NCBI GenBank assembly: GCA_002269645.1
Contig: NIVC01001024.1
Coordinates: 310,001-374,000, forward strand
Source: Macrostomum lignano
Taxonomy: Eukaryota
DNA: 64,000 bases
Reading direction: 5' to 3'
A program made the translations under genes and the position numbers. This document shows, one piece after another, positions 1 to 12,887 of this stretch. A model generated the notes under the pieces. The model was not told the DNA's origin, made no database searches, and was given only the letters and a program-made list of their open reading frames with translations. Within the stretch, counting starts at the first letter, position 1. Each line of letters starts with the position of its first letter.

Positions 1-1352
1 GGACAAAGGCCAAGACGTGGCAAGGCTGCAGATGACGCAGAACACCTGGTGAGGACAGAGAAGCTAGACCTTGGTGAAGATGGCGTCCTCAAGAAGAGTG
101 GCCAACCCGTCATCCTGCGGCAGCTTCGCCAGGACCTGCTGCAGCTGCTGCACGACGATCCTGCAAGCGGGCACCTCGGAACCGAAAGGACGCTGGCCAG
201 AGTTGTCAGCAGAGCTTGGTGGCCCGGCCTAAAGGACGACGTCCAGCACTGGGTGAGAAGCTACGAAGTGTGTCAGCGTTGCAAGGTACCGCATCAGCAC
301 CAGAGGGCACCGCTGCAGATCAACACCGTGCCATCAGCTCCTTGGGAGATGGTGCAGGTGGACATCAAAGGGCCCCTCCCAGAGACTGAAGCCAGCCTCA
401 GGTACATCATCTGCTTCACGGACGTGTTTTCCAAGTGGGTTGAGGCGACCGCGGTGTCCAACATTGAGGCCCGGATGGTTGCGGATGTGCTGCTAAGGAG
501 TGTCGTTCTTCGCCACAGAGCGCCCGAAGTCATCCACTCCGATCAGGGTCGTCAGTTTGAAAGTGACATCTTCCAAGAGCTGTGCCGCCTGCTGGATATT
601 CGCAAGACAAGAACGACACCCATCCCAGCGGCAACCCTGCAGTTGAGCGGTTCAACCGAACATTAGGCGACATGCTGGCGGCGTACTGCATGGAACAGCA
701 GAACAAATGGGCGGACTTCCTGCCGTACGTCATCTGGGTGTACAACTCTTCAGCACACTGCACCACCAAGAGGTCGCCCTACACAGTGCTTCACGGACGT
801 GAACCCAGGATCCCGGCAGAGCTCAGTTTACCTGCAGGCAGTGAAAGAAGGCTCGTCACGGACACGCTGGCAGATGCTCGCACCGGCTTGCAGCTCGTGT
901 GGCAGCGCCTGCAGTCGACACAGTGGTCACAGAAGCAGCAGTACGACAAGCGCCAGCACTTCACGCCGATCCAAGTCGGGCAGCTGGTGATGCTCAGCAA
1001 CCTGGCGGTGTTGAAGGGCCAGTCCAAGGCTCTCCATCGGCGGTGGCTGGGACCATACCGTGTGCTCGAGAGGCTGGGCCCCGTCACCTACCGGATCTCA
1101 AAACCCGCCAGCCGGAGACAAAGCACGGCGGTGCATCACAACCGGCTCAAGCTGTTCGTGCGCAGGCGGCCGCAGCCCGCTTCCTGGCAGTCCGCCCCGA
1201 CTCTGCCCGCTGCAGAGGCCAGCCGACCGCCTAGCCTGGCTGTCGATCTGCGGCTGACCTGGACGGACTTGCTGGATGAGCCGACTGCAGTCGGCCCTCG
1301 GCATTCTGCAAGGACTCGAAGACCGCCTGATTTTTATGCTGCACAAAACTAG
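1..1352 (+). mobile_element. Ty3/Gypsy LTR-retrotransposon pol 3' end (integrase), frameshifted at ~621
   Basis: The frame is open from base 1. It shows the zinc-binding motif (LHDDPASGH...WWP...CQRC), the rve core (VQVDIKGP...IHSDQG) and, after a frameshift at TRTTP/HPSGN, ERFNRTL and a GPY motif (RWLGPYRV). Confidence 0.93.
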
Positions 1353-1446
1353 TTTACTGGTTCATTTTTGCTATTCGTGCATTTTTAATTCTCATGGTTT
1401 TACTGCCTCTTTTGTCTTTTTGCAGTTTTTTTATTATCCTCAATTT

Positions 1447-1650
1447 AGGGAAGGAGTGATATAAGAGGCGTGAATGTTTTCACTGTTGTGTGGTTGTTAT
1501 TGGGTCAGAGTTATTCATCTGCAAATAATCGCGATGTACATTGATTGATGTACATTGCAAATATATAAATTGTTGCGCGTGGCTTTAGCCACTTCGTGTG
1601 TTTTTGGTCTCGCTTAACTCTTGCCTTCTCTCAGTTTACAGTTCGAATCA
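1447..1650 (+). mobile_element. Polypurine tract (1447-1456) followed by probable 3' LTR starting TG at 1457; right boundary uncertain
   Basis: AGGGAAGGAG lies immediately before TGATAT, ~95 bp after the integrase stop. A possible ATCA terminus is at 1650. Confidence 0.55.
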
Positions 1651-2389
1651 AATTTATGCAATTGCAATATGGATTTGAGCACACTGATTCTAATATAATT
1701 TGCATAACAAGAGCATTAAGCCTTTTCAGAGATTTTATGACTAATATTTTTATGGCAATATATTTCAAAGCACTAACACTTTTAGTCAACTGTAGTTGTC
1801 ATGGAAGTGTGCACATTGTGCAGGTTTAGAGTCCAAGAGCATCAACAGGGAGTCCTATGTGATAGATACAACTTTTGGCATCACCGAAGTTGCTTGACTA
1901 GAAATGCAGCCATTTCTTTGGCACAGTATAAGCAATGAAAATGCAGAATTTGTTTCAATGGAAATGTCCTAGCAATGAGACAACCAATCCCAATTACATT
2001 TCTATGAGTGAAACCAGTGCCCCAGCTGGTGCAGCAGACGAAGGCAGAACAGCAGCCAACACCAGCACAGTCAACATTATAGCAGGTGGTACAGACGGCA
2101 CCAAGCTGCTAGCTGCTGCAAAGCTGCCATTTGCCACAGAGCTGCCAACCGCTATAGAGCTGCCAACCGCTGCAGAGCTACAGCCTGCTATAGAGCTGCC
2201 AACTGCTGCAGAGCTGCTAACCGCCACAGAGCTGCTGACTGGTGACAAGCTGCCAATACATGTAGATGCAGTGCATATTATTGAACTTGGGGTACCAGAA
2301 TTTGCTTTAGTGTCCAGTGGTTTGAACTAGAAAAAGATCTGCTAATTGTCAATAGGAGCATTCCTTTGTTATTTCCCTGTAAACGAGAT

Positions 2390-3200
2390 TCTATTTACTG
2401 GTAGTGCACAAAACATAATGCTCTCACTAAATGTCTAGCAAGTGTTGTGCAACACGGAGACAAGTACAGAAAAGGCAAAGGCCACATCGGGCATTTGCCA
2501 CTCCATGGAGTCGGCCCATGCACCTCTATGGCAGCGTGTACTCCATAGAGCCCACACAGCTGCTCAAATTGCTCGAGATGAGTGCCTGGTATCCAAGTCA
2601 TTATTCAAGGTGAGAAGAATGTGCAATTTGTTACATCGGCAATGGGCTATAATGTATAGTACTACCCATGATGTAATAGTCTTGACAACAGGCTATAGTA
2701 CAGACAGTACAGAACAGTACAGAGAGAGTCTAATTTAGGCTTATTGCCATCAATTCCATTGTCTACAGAGCGCGCCATCAATTCCAGTTCCCCAGAAGTT
2801 GGCCCAGAGTGCAAATTGCAACCGACGCCACAATAGGCCACCTAAACTACAGAGTACAGATTTTGAGTTGTGTGACACTTTTTATTGTACCAGGATTCCT
2901 AAAAGCAGACATTCGTTCTAAGGAGAACCACATTATTTTGTTTGCACTGGACAGCCAGCTGGACCTTCTGTCTGCCCGGCCCGCAACTACCTAGTACATG
3001 GACAGCACTTTCAAGGTGGTGCATCACATGTTTATTCAGCTCTTCTCAATTCATGTATTCATTATTGGACTAGACAACATGTTAAAGCAGGTGCCGGTGT
3101 TCTTCACGCTAATGATTAGAAAGCGGCAAAGTGACTATGCAGCTATATTCAACGTTGTCAAGGAACTTGTTCCACTTGCAAGGTATGTGCAAATGTGCAT
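2390..3200 (+). pseudogene. Decayed Mutator-like (MULE) transposase with FLYWCH-like N-terminus
   Basis: Fragments YW*CT...CLASVVQHG...CH and FLKADI...LFALDSQLDLL...*YMDSTFKVVHHMFIQLFSIH...KQVPVFFTLM match the MULE domain start (DGTFK...QLFSIH...VPL). Stops and frameshifts are present. Confidence 0.8.
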
Positions 3201-5269
3201 GTAGACGTGGGATAGGCTGTAGGCAGTTACGGTAGGATATAGACGCATTGGTTATGTTAATAAGAATATAATAAAAAGACTAAGTAAATAGCCTATAGCC
3301 ATAGAAAGTGATTTGTGAAAGTGAAAGAGAAACTTTTTGCTGAATTTAACACTCCTTGTTGCCGAAGTCACCATTTTCCATGTTGCTGAAATTAACTGTT
3401 GCCAAAATGCCTAGAATTTCTATACTAAGGTAGAATTCCTCCCAAAAAAAAGTGTTTTGTAAAAACTAAAGAAATTAAACACAAGGATAGGCCCTACATA
3501 AAGTTTCATTAATTTAAAAATATAGGCCTAATAATATTGCACAATACTAAAGGCAAAGCCAAGAGCCCCGAAGGAGCTCTAACAAATAAATATTAGCACT
3601 AGTGCTACCATTGACAATACAATATCAATATTGCTAATGCTACATATAACATATATTGAAATCTAACAATACTATGTGCACTCTAGTTGGTAAATGAAAA
3701 TTGTCGATAGCTGCAATACAATAGGCCCTAGTATAGCCTATTGACCATTTTTTAAAGCCAAAACCTAGTAGGCTTAAGCCCTAAGGCCTAAGTATACTTT
3801 TGTGTAGCTGCGCGGCGGCGGCTATAGTTGTTATAAGAGTCCTCGGACTCCTCGGTAAAAAAATTAATGAATAGGCGTAGTGCAGCTTTTTTACAGTAAA
3901 CAATTCTTGTTAGCCCTATCTATCGGTTAAAATAGAACTGTATAATTTTGAAAAAATGAAATATATTTTTTGAATAAATTAAAAAGAGTCCTAACTAGAT
4001 ACTTTGTTATATCAATATAATGCTTCGAAAATTTTTAACTTTTTAAAATATTTAAATTAAAATAGGCCTAAGTCAAAATTTTGCACTCTACGGCAATCGA
4101 TTCCAGAACCATAATCGGTTCGGATTTCCAAGAAAAAAGCAGTATAACTATTTAACTTTGTTGAATGTTTGACTGCCTTAACAGCCTCACTTTGCACAAA
4201 TTTTCACTTTCTTCTTGGCTATTGCCATTCAATAATTACAATTTTAAAGCACTAATATCCCTCTACGGCTCTAGTTTAGGAGACAAAAAGTTATACTTTA
4301 CAAATTGGTTCTGGACCTTCTGGTTTGGTTTACAAGCAATATGAAGAGCCTCTATGACTAGGCATATAACTTATCTGTTGCAGCGTTGCTTAGCCCTAGA
4401 GTCCAGGTAAGAGTACCTGCCTAACCTCTATCTCTAGGAGGGGCGAGTGTCCATCAAAGGGTGTTCTGACCCCATGCGCTTGCCTCTTATTTAGGGCCAT
4501 CTAACTCGGTTACCCATTCTTACAATCTTTTTGGCCTACTAGACTTTAAATAATTTACCATCTCTGTGAAAATATATTATTGCCTTGCTTGAAGATGCCA
4601 AGTGTTCTGCGAAACATGTTGCGCATAAATTGACTAATAAATTATAATTTTGTAATTTTGTATTATTAAAGATCAAAATGCAAATTTGTTTGCCTTTGCT
4701 TTCATTTTCCTGGCTTAGCCCTAGCTTATTAAATATGGTATACAAACAGTAATATATACTTTCGGGGCCTATCAGTTTATCCTATGCCTTGGGTATTAGC
4801 AGTTAGCTGGTTAGCCCTCATGGATATATCAATTTAAATTGTAAAACAGCTCATATGCCTTGCTTTTTATTATGCTTTAAATAGCTCGCCTAATTTATTG
4901 TTTTTTCATGGTTTTAGTTAGGCCCCTAGGCCTATAGTCTAGTGCAAAAAAATAATATATATTTTAGTCTAGAGTTAGGCCTAGACACTCAAATTGCTAA
5001 GTACCAACATATGTGCAGTTAGGCCTTATTAACATACATGCGCAACTGCTGGCCGACCTGGCCGATCCGGCCACCGTAAATCGTGGCTGACCAGGGGTAA
5101 GTCGCAAAATTGAGTCAACCAAAAACAGAAAAACACAAGAACCAAGAAAGGCAAGAGGAAAGCGAAAGAAAGAGCAGTTCAGGGAAAATCGTGAAGCAAA
5201 AGAAAAACAATTCGCAAAAGAAGCAAACTAAGTTGTAAAAATAATCAGGTACTGGTAAGTCGCAACAGG

Positions 5270-5630
5270 AATCAGGTAAGTCGCAAAAGAAGCAAACTAT
5301 GTCGCAAAAAGGATCAGGTAAGTCGCAAAAGGGTTAGGTAAGTCACAAAAAGGATTAGGTAAGTCCCAAAAAGGATTAGGTAAGTCGCAAAAAGGATTAG
5401 GTAAGTCGCAAAAAGAATCAGGTAAGTCGCAAAAGGATCAGCTAAGTCGCAAAAGGATTAGGTAACTCGCAAAAAGGATTAGGTAAGTCGCAAAAAGGAT
5501 TAAGTAAGTCGCAAAAAGGATTAGGTAAGTCGCAAAAGGGTTAGGTAAGTCGCAAAAGGATTAGGTAAGTCGCAAAAGGATTAGGTAAGTCGCAAAAAGG
5601 ATTAGGTAAGTCGCAAAAAGAAGCAACTAA
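5270..5630 (+). repeat. 20-21 bp minisatellite (GGTAAGTCGCAAAAGGATTA)n
   Basis: About 17 tandem copies. The AAGTCGC core recurs subterminally near the other end of the TIR element. Confidence 0.95.
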
Positions 5631-5899
5631 GTCGCAATAAGAGGGAAGTAAGTCACAATCAGAGGCAATCAGGGGGTAGTAGGTGCAAGTGTGGCAGGAG
5701 AGCAAAAACAGAATAGAAGCCTTCAACAACAGACAAGATCTTTGAAATCAGAAGCCCGCGTCAACAGTTTCCCATTGATTTCTTAAACTCTGGAGCAGGG
5801 GTCGGCAAACTCCGGCTCGCGAAGCCCCTCTATCTGGCCCTCGCCCTCGGGTTCTTTGAAACTTCCTAACTACGAGTAGCAAGGTTGGTGTCTCTTCAA

Positions 5900-6530
5900 C
5901 TCTCATCTCTCTCTTCTTCTCTACCTTGCCTCCCCTCTTCTCTCTCTCCCCCTTTTCCCTCTTCTCTCTCCTCTCATTTTTACTCTCCTCTCTTCTCCCC
6001 CTTTCTCTCTACCCTTTCTCCTCAATGCCCTCTTCTCTCTTCTTATCTTCAGCAAAAATATGTGCATATTTTCTTACTTCAAAGTAGAGGAAATAGAAGA
6101 TTAGAGATAAGCAAACAGAGGAGAGGCGAGCGATGCGATGGGAGAAAAGATAGAAAAGGAGAGAAAAGCTGAGGGAGGAAAAAGAGATGAGAGAGAAGAG
6201 GAGATGAGAGGAAAGAGGAAAGAAAAGATGATGGATGAGATCAGAAGAGAGGAAAGAGGAAAGAGGAGAGAGTAGATGAGAGAAGAGAGGATAAAGAGGA
6301 GATGAGAGGAGAGTGAAGAGAGGAGAGATGAGAGAGTAGAAAAGAGAGGAGAGATAAGATGAGAGAGTAGAGTGGAATGGAGAGAGACGAGAGGAGAGAT
6401 AAGAATGTAGAGAGGAGACAGAAGAGATAGGAGAGGAGAGGAAAGAGAGGAGAGAGGAGAGGAAAGAGAGAAGGGATAAGGGATGAGAGAGAAAAGAAAA
6501 AGAGGATGAGAAGATTGAGGAATAGAGAGA
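5900..6530. repeat. CT-rich then GA-rich low-complexity tracts
   Basis: Polypyrimidine 5900-6050 and polypurine 6110-6530. The Ser/Leu-rich ORFs here are artefacts. Confidence 0.9.
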
Positions 6531-8193
6531 ATTTGCAAAGGCCTCAAATCTTAGTTTAACATGCATTACTCCCATCTTTGCCTTTTTCCTAACTGTTAAC
6601 AAGTTTTTGTTTGAGCATGACTTCAAATTTAGAATCTATGCAAAAATAGTTCCAGGAATTAGAATTCAGTGGTTTAAAAATCTGTGGGTTTTCACAGCTT
6701 GTATCTCTACTGGATTCGTATTCTGCATCTGATGAGCCATCTGAGTCAGGGCTCTCATCTTCCATGCCAAATCGTCTAGCAAATCGTTCTTGAGCTATAG
6801 GTCACACTGTATTCACTTCACTTACTTCTGGACATTCATGAATCATGACTTTTGTAGTATGCTCACTACACTGTACTGACAATTTACTAATTGCTTCATG
6901 CCGCCACTAGATGACATACTGATTAGCTGTTATAAAAACGCGGAATCTGCACGCAGCACTAATTAGCTGGCGAGGCATTTAGCTTCAAAAAATATGGTCA
7001 TAGTTACTCCTGCCGTTTACCTAAAGTTTTTGCTTGGCTCTTTCATAGGTAAGTCGCATTTTTTATCGAAAACTAAGTCGCATGGCCAGCGTAATTTTAG
7101 AAGTTGCGCATGTATGCTATTAACTTATTTTACCATTAGGCCTAAGCATTATAGCACTAGGCCCCATGTCATTCTGCTTTTCTTGAGTTTCTTGCTCTAA
7201 ATTATTTTAATCCCCTTTTGAACTTTTCAGAGCCAGAGTCTTTCAAGTTTGCATTAGGCCTTGCCTACTCAGGCTGGCCCAGGTCCCAGCTTAGGCCATA
7301 GTAGTAGTGCAAGATGCAGGACAGATTGTTAATAGATAATTTAGTAACATATTATTGCAATATATAAGCAAAATAGCTAAACCAGAGGCCTTTAGCTTTT
7401 CTCTATGAGATGTAATTGATCTTTCAAAACCTAGCCATTTCTTGTATGGTTTATATATATGTTCATATACCCAGAGGGAAATTTTGGGTACGCCTAAGGG
7501 TACCCCGATGGCGGCGCCTTTAGTCGGGCGGAGTCCGCCAGGGCGACTGGCTGTCCAGGCGAAGCGGAGTACATCTGCAGTGCGCTTGGGCGCTGGTAGA
7601 GAAGTTTTTTTTCTTCTACTAGTAGAATGTTAAGCGCATGCATCCTAGAAATTTAATCCAAATTTGCACGGGCAAATTTGCACCTACTGCACGCGGGCAG
7701 CACGGGCTTCTAGCTTCGAAGCAGCTCGTCTACTTACTAGCTTAATAATGGCTTAATTCTATTATGATTTTCAATGAAGTCCTGAAGTTTTGGCTCATGT
7801 ATTGTTCGATATACGATACGAGCGTATTGGCAAATATACTTAATTTTGTTTGTGCTTATAAACCGTTTAACAAAATTCAGCATTTCATGGTATTGTTGTT
7901 ATACAATGCTTAGAGATTAACATATTTACTTGTCTTCCATTGAAGTACTCAGAAGAGAGAAGACAATAAAGATGAATATGAGCGTAAAAAAGCAAAGATA
8001 CGGAAAATCAGTTTTCGTTTCTTCAAAAACAATCATCATTGCTCGAACTTGAGTCGCAATGCTCCATATTGGTGTCCGAAAGCTCGGAGTCGCTGGATTG
8101 CAGCCGAACCACTTTCATGCGTCGCTTAAATGCTCCAACGTCACTCCTGCGCTTACGAGCAACTCAACTTGAAGTAAGAGCTTGACAGTCAAA

Positions 8194-8470
8194 GGCCGTG
8201 GCTGCAGTCGCAGTGACTTGCTGCTGCCGAGCACCAGAAGGCGTTGCAGCTCGGGCTTGGCATGGAGAGGCCGTGGCTGCAGTTGCAATGACTTGCCGCT
8301 GCCGAGCACCAGAAGGCGTTGCAGCTGGGGCTTGGCATGGAGAGGCCGTGGCTGCAGTCGCAGTGACTTGCCGCTGCCAAGCACCAGAAGGCGTTGCAGC
8401 TGGGGCTTGGCATGGTGAGGCCATGGCTGCAGTCGCAGTGACTTGCCTCTGCCGAGCACCAGGAGGCGTT
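8194..8470. repeat. 75-bp coding tandem repeat (~3.7 copies, 25 aa) in the last exon of the DUF4806-like gene
   Basis: GGCC(G/A)TGGCTGC starts at 8194, 8269, 8344 and 8419. Confidence 0.9.
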
Positions 8471-8899
8471 GCATCAGAATGGGTGCAGCTAATAATTGAT
8501 GCAACCACCGGATTGATTGGCATTAAGGCATCGGGAGCTGCTGCAGTGGATTTGCGGTGCAATCGCTTCTTCAGCCGATCGCTTCCACGCTTGAGCTGCT
8601 CACGACAAGCTTCTGCAACTGCTTTGACCAAAGGCCTGCCGGTGTCCTCGGTTCTGCCGAATAGCTTGGTCATCGCCTCTGTCAAAAAATAAATTGCATG
8701 GATTTTAGGTATAGTTAAATGAGTAAAAAGTATAAATGTGCTACTCATGATCAGAACTGATAGTAGTGCTTATAGCATTTATTTCTTTTCTCTGGTTTCG
8801 TTTCGTTTGATGTGTACTTATCAAAAAGCTTACATTTATATGTTCTTTCACTCTCATAATTTTTTATGTAATGTATACAGCGGGCAGCCAGGATCATTG

Positions 8900-9175
8900 G
8901 CCCTTCCGTCAAGGTGCCCTATAAGTATAACCTTAGCACCCGCCGGGTCACTGGTGGACTTGCCTTTGCACATAAACTTCTCCTAGGTCGTGGCTCCGAA
9001 GAGCTTAAACTTCTCCTTCCATCTCTTATCCAGAAGTCTAGCTATGGCTTTCGTTCAAATAACTGCCTGTATGAATTCACCTTAAAAATTCCCTTCTATG
9101 GAACAGAAGTTCGAAAACGGTCCTTCTCCACAGTACACTGAGATATGGAATTTACTGCCAGCAAGTCAGCAACCC
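8900..9175 (+). mobile_element. Degenerate 3' end of a CR1/L2-type LINE ORF2, inside an intron
   Basis: LAFAHKLL...YGFRS...RKRSF followed, in a shifted frame, by IWNLLP (the RLWNSLP-type motif at LINE ORF2 C-termini). Confidence 0.55.
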
Positions 9176-9234
9176 TAGCAGACCCTGGCCTTGGCGCAAA
9201 ATAGTTCAAGAGCCAGATCTCCCAGAAGCCACTA

Positions 9235-9320
9235 TGCAAGGACTCCTAAACCTAAGCATCGGTTTAGGAGTCCTGGAGTCCTAAGCATTTAGGAGATGCT
9301 TAGGTTTAGGAGTCCTTGTA
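9235..9320. mobile_element. 86-bp hairpin MITE with 3-bp CTA TSD (PIF/Harbinger-like)
   Basis: Perfect 24-bp inverted repeat CAAGGACTCCTAAACCTAAGCATC (9237-9260 / 9295-9318). CTA flanks both sides. Confidence 0.65.
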
Positions 9321-11649
9321 CTATGAGCACCACAGAGTCCTCCCACCATCTCAATTGCCTTCCACCTCTCTTCCTTCAACATTTCTTTTGTCATTCTTAT
9401 CTCTCTCTTCATCAGTTTCTCTGTAGCCATGGGGAACCCTTGTGGTATATTCGTCTCTGACCACTGACCAGTGACCAGTCTTATGGTGAGCTTAGTATAA
9501 TAATAACAATGATTATTATTGTTATTTCTTTATATATTCTCTAACTGGCTCGCAAACTTTTAAGAATCAAACCAGTTGTGATTGTGCGTCAATGATAAAC
9601 TTCCGATTTAATAGTCTATGTGTCTATGTGACAAATATGATGCCTACCTTGAATATAAGGCAGAAAAGCCATCTTAAATCCGAGGTCATCAATTGATAGT
9701 TGCGTTGAAACTCCTGCTTTGAGGGCTCGCTCACGCATATCCGTCCCCTTGAAGTTGACCACAGCCTGCATCCGAAGCGATAGGATGTTATCCAACATAT
9801 CACGGACCGAGTCTTGCCACTTAACTCGTCGGAAGAGCCTGAGGTGAGTCCTCAGCTGTTGAACAGAAAATGCGAACATCATCGTCGGTGGAGAGTCTTA
9901 AACCCTTGCCATATTAAGCGCAAATAAAATTACATTATGTAAACTCACCGCTGAAAGTCGTTGTTCCGACGCTTCAACAAAGTCAATGTAATCATCCCAA
10001 GAATCGATTACTTCAAAGCCAGACACTTGAGGTGTTTCAGCCTGAGGATGCAAGATGGATGACATTTGATGCATCGCAGCGCGAAGTCCGGTTACGTCTT
10101 TCTGCAAGGCCTCCACCTTGGCCTCAAGCCGAATGCTTGTTACAGTGTACTCGCGAAGGAGGCTGAGCTGCACAAACAAAAGTCCCTCGGAGCTATCAAG
10201 TTGGAAGTTGACATTATCCTGAATCTGCTGTTTCAATTTTCTTATATATTCCGGGCCGAATCTTGCTGATGCAAGCACTGGAAGATTTGGAGTCGCAGGA
10301 GTTGCTGTTGCTGATTAAATCACTGCAACTCGTCTAGGCCTTGGCTTTGGCATGGTGGAGGCAATTAGATCAACGGCAGAATCTCCTAGAGCCGCCACTG
10401 TCACCGTGTCAGCTACTCCATCCGTCTCCGCCTCCAGCGCAGCATCCGATTCATCAGCAGTCGCTTCCGCCGCTGCAGCATCTGCGTCATCTACCGCCGC
10501 CTCCGCCGCTGCAGCATCCGCTTCGTCTGCAGCCGCCTCCGCCGATGCGGCATCCGCTTCGTCTGCTGCCGCCTCCGCCGCTACGGCATCCGCTTCGTCT
10601 GCTGCCGCCTCCGCCGCTGCAGCATCCGCTTCATCTGCAGCCGCCTCCGCCGCTTCAGCATCCGCCTCGTGTTCTGTTGCATCAGTCGCAGTGGCTTCCT
10701 GCTCCTCAGTCTCTGGCTCGGAGTCGGGAAGTGGCAGTAACTGAGCAACAGTTTCTGGAGCGTCATGCGTCAGAAGAAGCGCAGCATTCCTCGCAAAGTT
10801 CGTCCCTCGCTCTCTGTCGGAGAAGAACGTTTCGGTATCAGATGCTGAGCCTTGTGACAGGTTCTGAAAGAGTAGGTTTAGGATAGATATGTAGGTAAAG
10901 TCAATCATCAATCCTTTTCAAAACTTTTTTTCCGACCTCAATTTTCTAACTGTCCCTCCGTCCTCTAACCTCCCCCTAAGCCTGATTGGCATTTTAATTC
11001 TTCAATCCTCAAGCCTAAATGCCATTGCTTGCAGTTCAAACTTACACCTGTTTGATAATTTCGACGGGCCTGCTTCGCGTCGTATGAGGGGAAAACTCGC
11101 GGCTTGACCAGCTGCATTATGCTACGCAGACGTAGCTTCTTAGCAATAAGAGTGCATACAAACAAGAAGCTGCCTGGCTGCATTGTATCGTCCAGGATGA
11201 CCTGTTGTAAAAAGCGGTAGAATTGAAATATCCCAACTTCCGAGGATCAAGACGCAGTAATTATAGAATTGAATGCATATACATGTAAAGAGTGGAGCAA
11301 AAATACGAGTAGCAACAACTCACCTGAACAACAACTGCTGGGTAATATGTACCATCATATAGTGCCTCGCACATCCATGTCTCATCGGAATCTCTCATTT
11401 TCAACCATTCGGCTTCAGAGAGGGCCTCCAGATTCAGTGACAGCCTTACGTTCTCTCTCGGCGCCTCAATAACTTGTCTGTCCGCTTTAAAAATAACAAG
11501 GAACTTCATTTCCAAAAGATAAAAAATACTATTTTAATTTTCGTCAATGCCACAAGCCAATTCAAGTTTCGGGTAGGAAATTGTTTCCCTTATTATTTTT
11601 CTCCTCCATAAACTCTAGGAGTGAGCTAGTGACATTACAGGCGCAATCC

Positions 11650-11670
11650 CATTGGTCCGCCCCTCTTCCC
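11650..11670 (-). promoter_or_regulatory. CCAAT box and GC box upstream of the DUF4806-like gene
   Basis: ATTGG and CCGCCC lie adjacent, ~150 bp upstream of the ATG at 11509. Confidence 0.3.
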
Positions 11671-12079
11671 ACTGCTAACGCCGCCCAATTCTCCCTCTCT
11701 ATCTTGCTGATTAATGAGATATTTTAGAAATACAAACTGTAATAAAAATATAGAAAGAAAGGAAAAAGCAAGACAGAAGGCTATAATTCCTGATGCATCC
11801 TGATTCCTGATTACATGTATATCCCTGATGCAGACCGGATAGCGGATAATCTCCCTCAGGTCAGTTCAAAGAACCCTCAAAGGCGAAGAGGAATTGGTGG
11901 AGCTTTGTGTGTAGAAAGAAGAATGCGAACTATATCATGGATTTCTCTGTTCGATATGTGTCTCACAGATGTCAAATAAGAAAAAGACAGAAAGAATCAA
12001 GAGTTTGAACCTTGGTTCGGTGCGTATAAAGATTCGAAGCCCCATCTTTGTCAGAAAATTCTGTTGCTTAGGGTGCGCC

Positions 12080-12364
12080 GGGGGCATTTCACATTCTCGA
12101 AATATCATATCATCGAAATTTCACAACGCCGAAAATTCTGCACTGTTCTTTCACATCCTCGAAATTTCACATTCTCGAAACTTCACATCCTCAAAATATC
12201 ACTTCCACGAAATTTCATAACGTCGAAAGAAGTTAGACGTGATATTCCGAGGATGTGAAAGATGGCTTCTTTCGACGTTATGAAATTTCGAGGTTGTGAA
12301 ATTTCGAGAATATGAAGTTTTTGGCTTTCTACGTTGTGAAATTTCGAGGAAGTGATAGCTGCCC
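12080..12364. mobile_element. 285-bp MULE-like foldback MITE with 9-bp TSD
   Basis: Exact GGGTGCGCC flanks (12071-12079 and 12365-12373), GGGC...GCCC ends, and inverted arrays of TCGAAATTTCACA. Same family as 34141-35608. Confidence 0.8.
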
Positions 12365-12887
12365 GGGTGCGCCCACAGACCATATAGTAAATAGACTGCG
12401 CATATAGCTAGGCCGGCATGAGCGTGCAGAGCATGAGAAAAACACAAAGCAAAAAATGTTACTCCACGGATCAATAGTGGGGAAGCACCTACCTCCCCTA
12501 CCCACATTTACATATATATATACAAATTATACGCATTATATTTAATCTTTACCCTGTGCCAGTCTTTTTACTATATGGTCTGGGTTCATCCCTCATTTTG
12601 TTCTGATTGAATGCACAAACACAATTCAGCATTCTTGCCCAACTCCCAATTAAAGCACAAGGCTTCACAATGGGCTTGAGAGGTTCCGCAAAGACCAAAG
12701 ACCAAAAACGGCACATGAGGCACAACGGAATGAATAGTCTGTATAGAATATGTACAGCACCTAAAAATCGAAAAAAGCCTGGGACGCAGACAGGGAAGCA
12801 AACAGTCACACAGGCCCTTTTGCTCATTGCTCTGGCTCTTAGCTCTTTGCTGCTCTTTGTCTTCGTATCACACTAAAGATCCCATAG

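Larger units (their letters stand above)
5033..7116. mobile_element. Non-autonomous TIR DNA transposon (P-element-like CAT termini), 2.08 kb
   Basis: Perfect 15-bp TIR: CATACATGCGCAACT (5033-5047) and AGTTGCGCATGTATG (7102-7116). Flanks TTATTAA/CTATTAA. Both ends are shared with the 302-bp copy at 15567-15868. Confidence 0.7.
8164..11509 (-). pseudogene. Five-exon DUF4806-like gene (exons 11509-11324, 11201-11046, 10863-9949, 9855-9648, 8678-8164) with in-frame TAA at 10315-10317
   Basis: All junctions are GT-AG and phase-compatible (0,0,0,1). The C-terminal part DSVRDMLDNILSLRMQAVVNFKG...FLPYIQEAM...LKRGSDRLKKR resembles DUF4806. There are acidic Ala-rich repeats, and the frame continues through the stop. 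Confidence 0.65.

Noticed and set aside
1935-2330. 131-aa ORF with ELPTAA repeats
   Set aside because: It is an 18-bp repeat-driven ORF beside the MULE remnant, with no recognisable domain or splice support.
5796-5830. hAT-like terminus CAGGGGTCGGCAAAC
   Set aside because: No matching opposite end or 8-bp TSD was found.
5885-6626. Ser/Leu-rich ORFs
   Set aside because: They come from CT/GA low-complexity sequence, as do those at 56677-57171.
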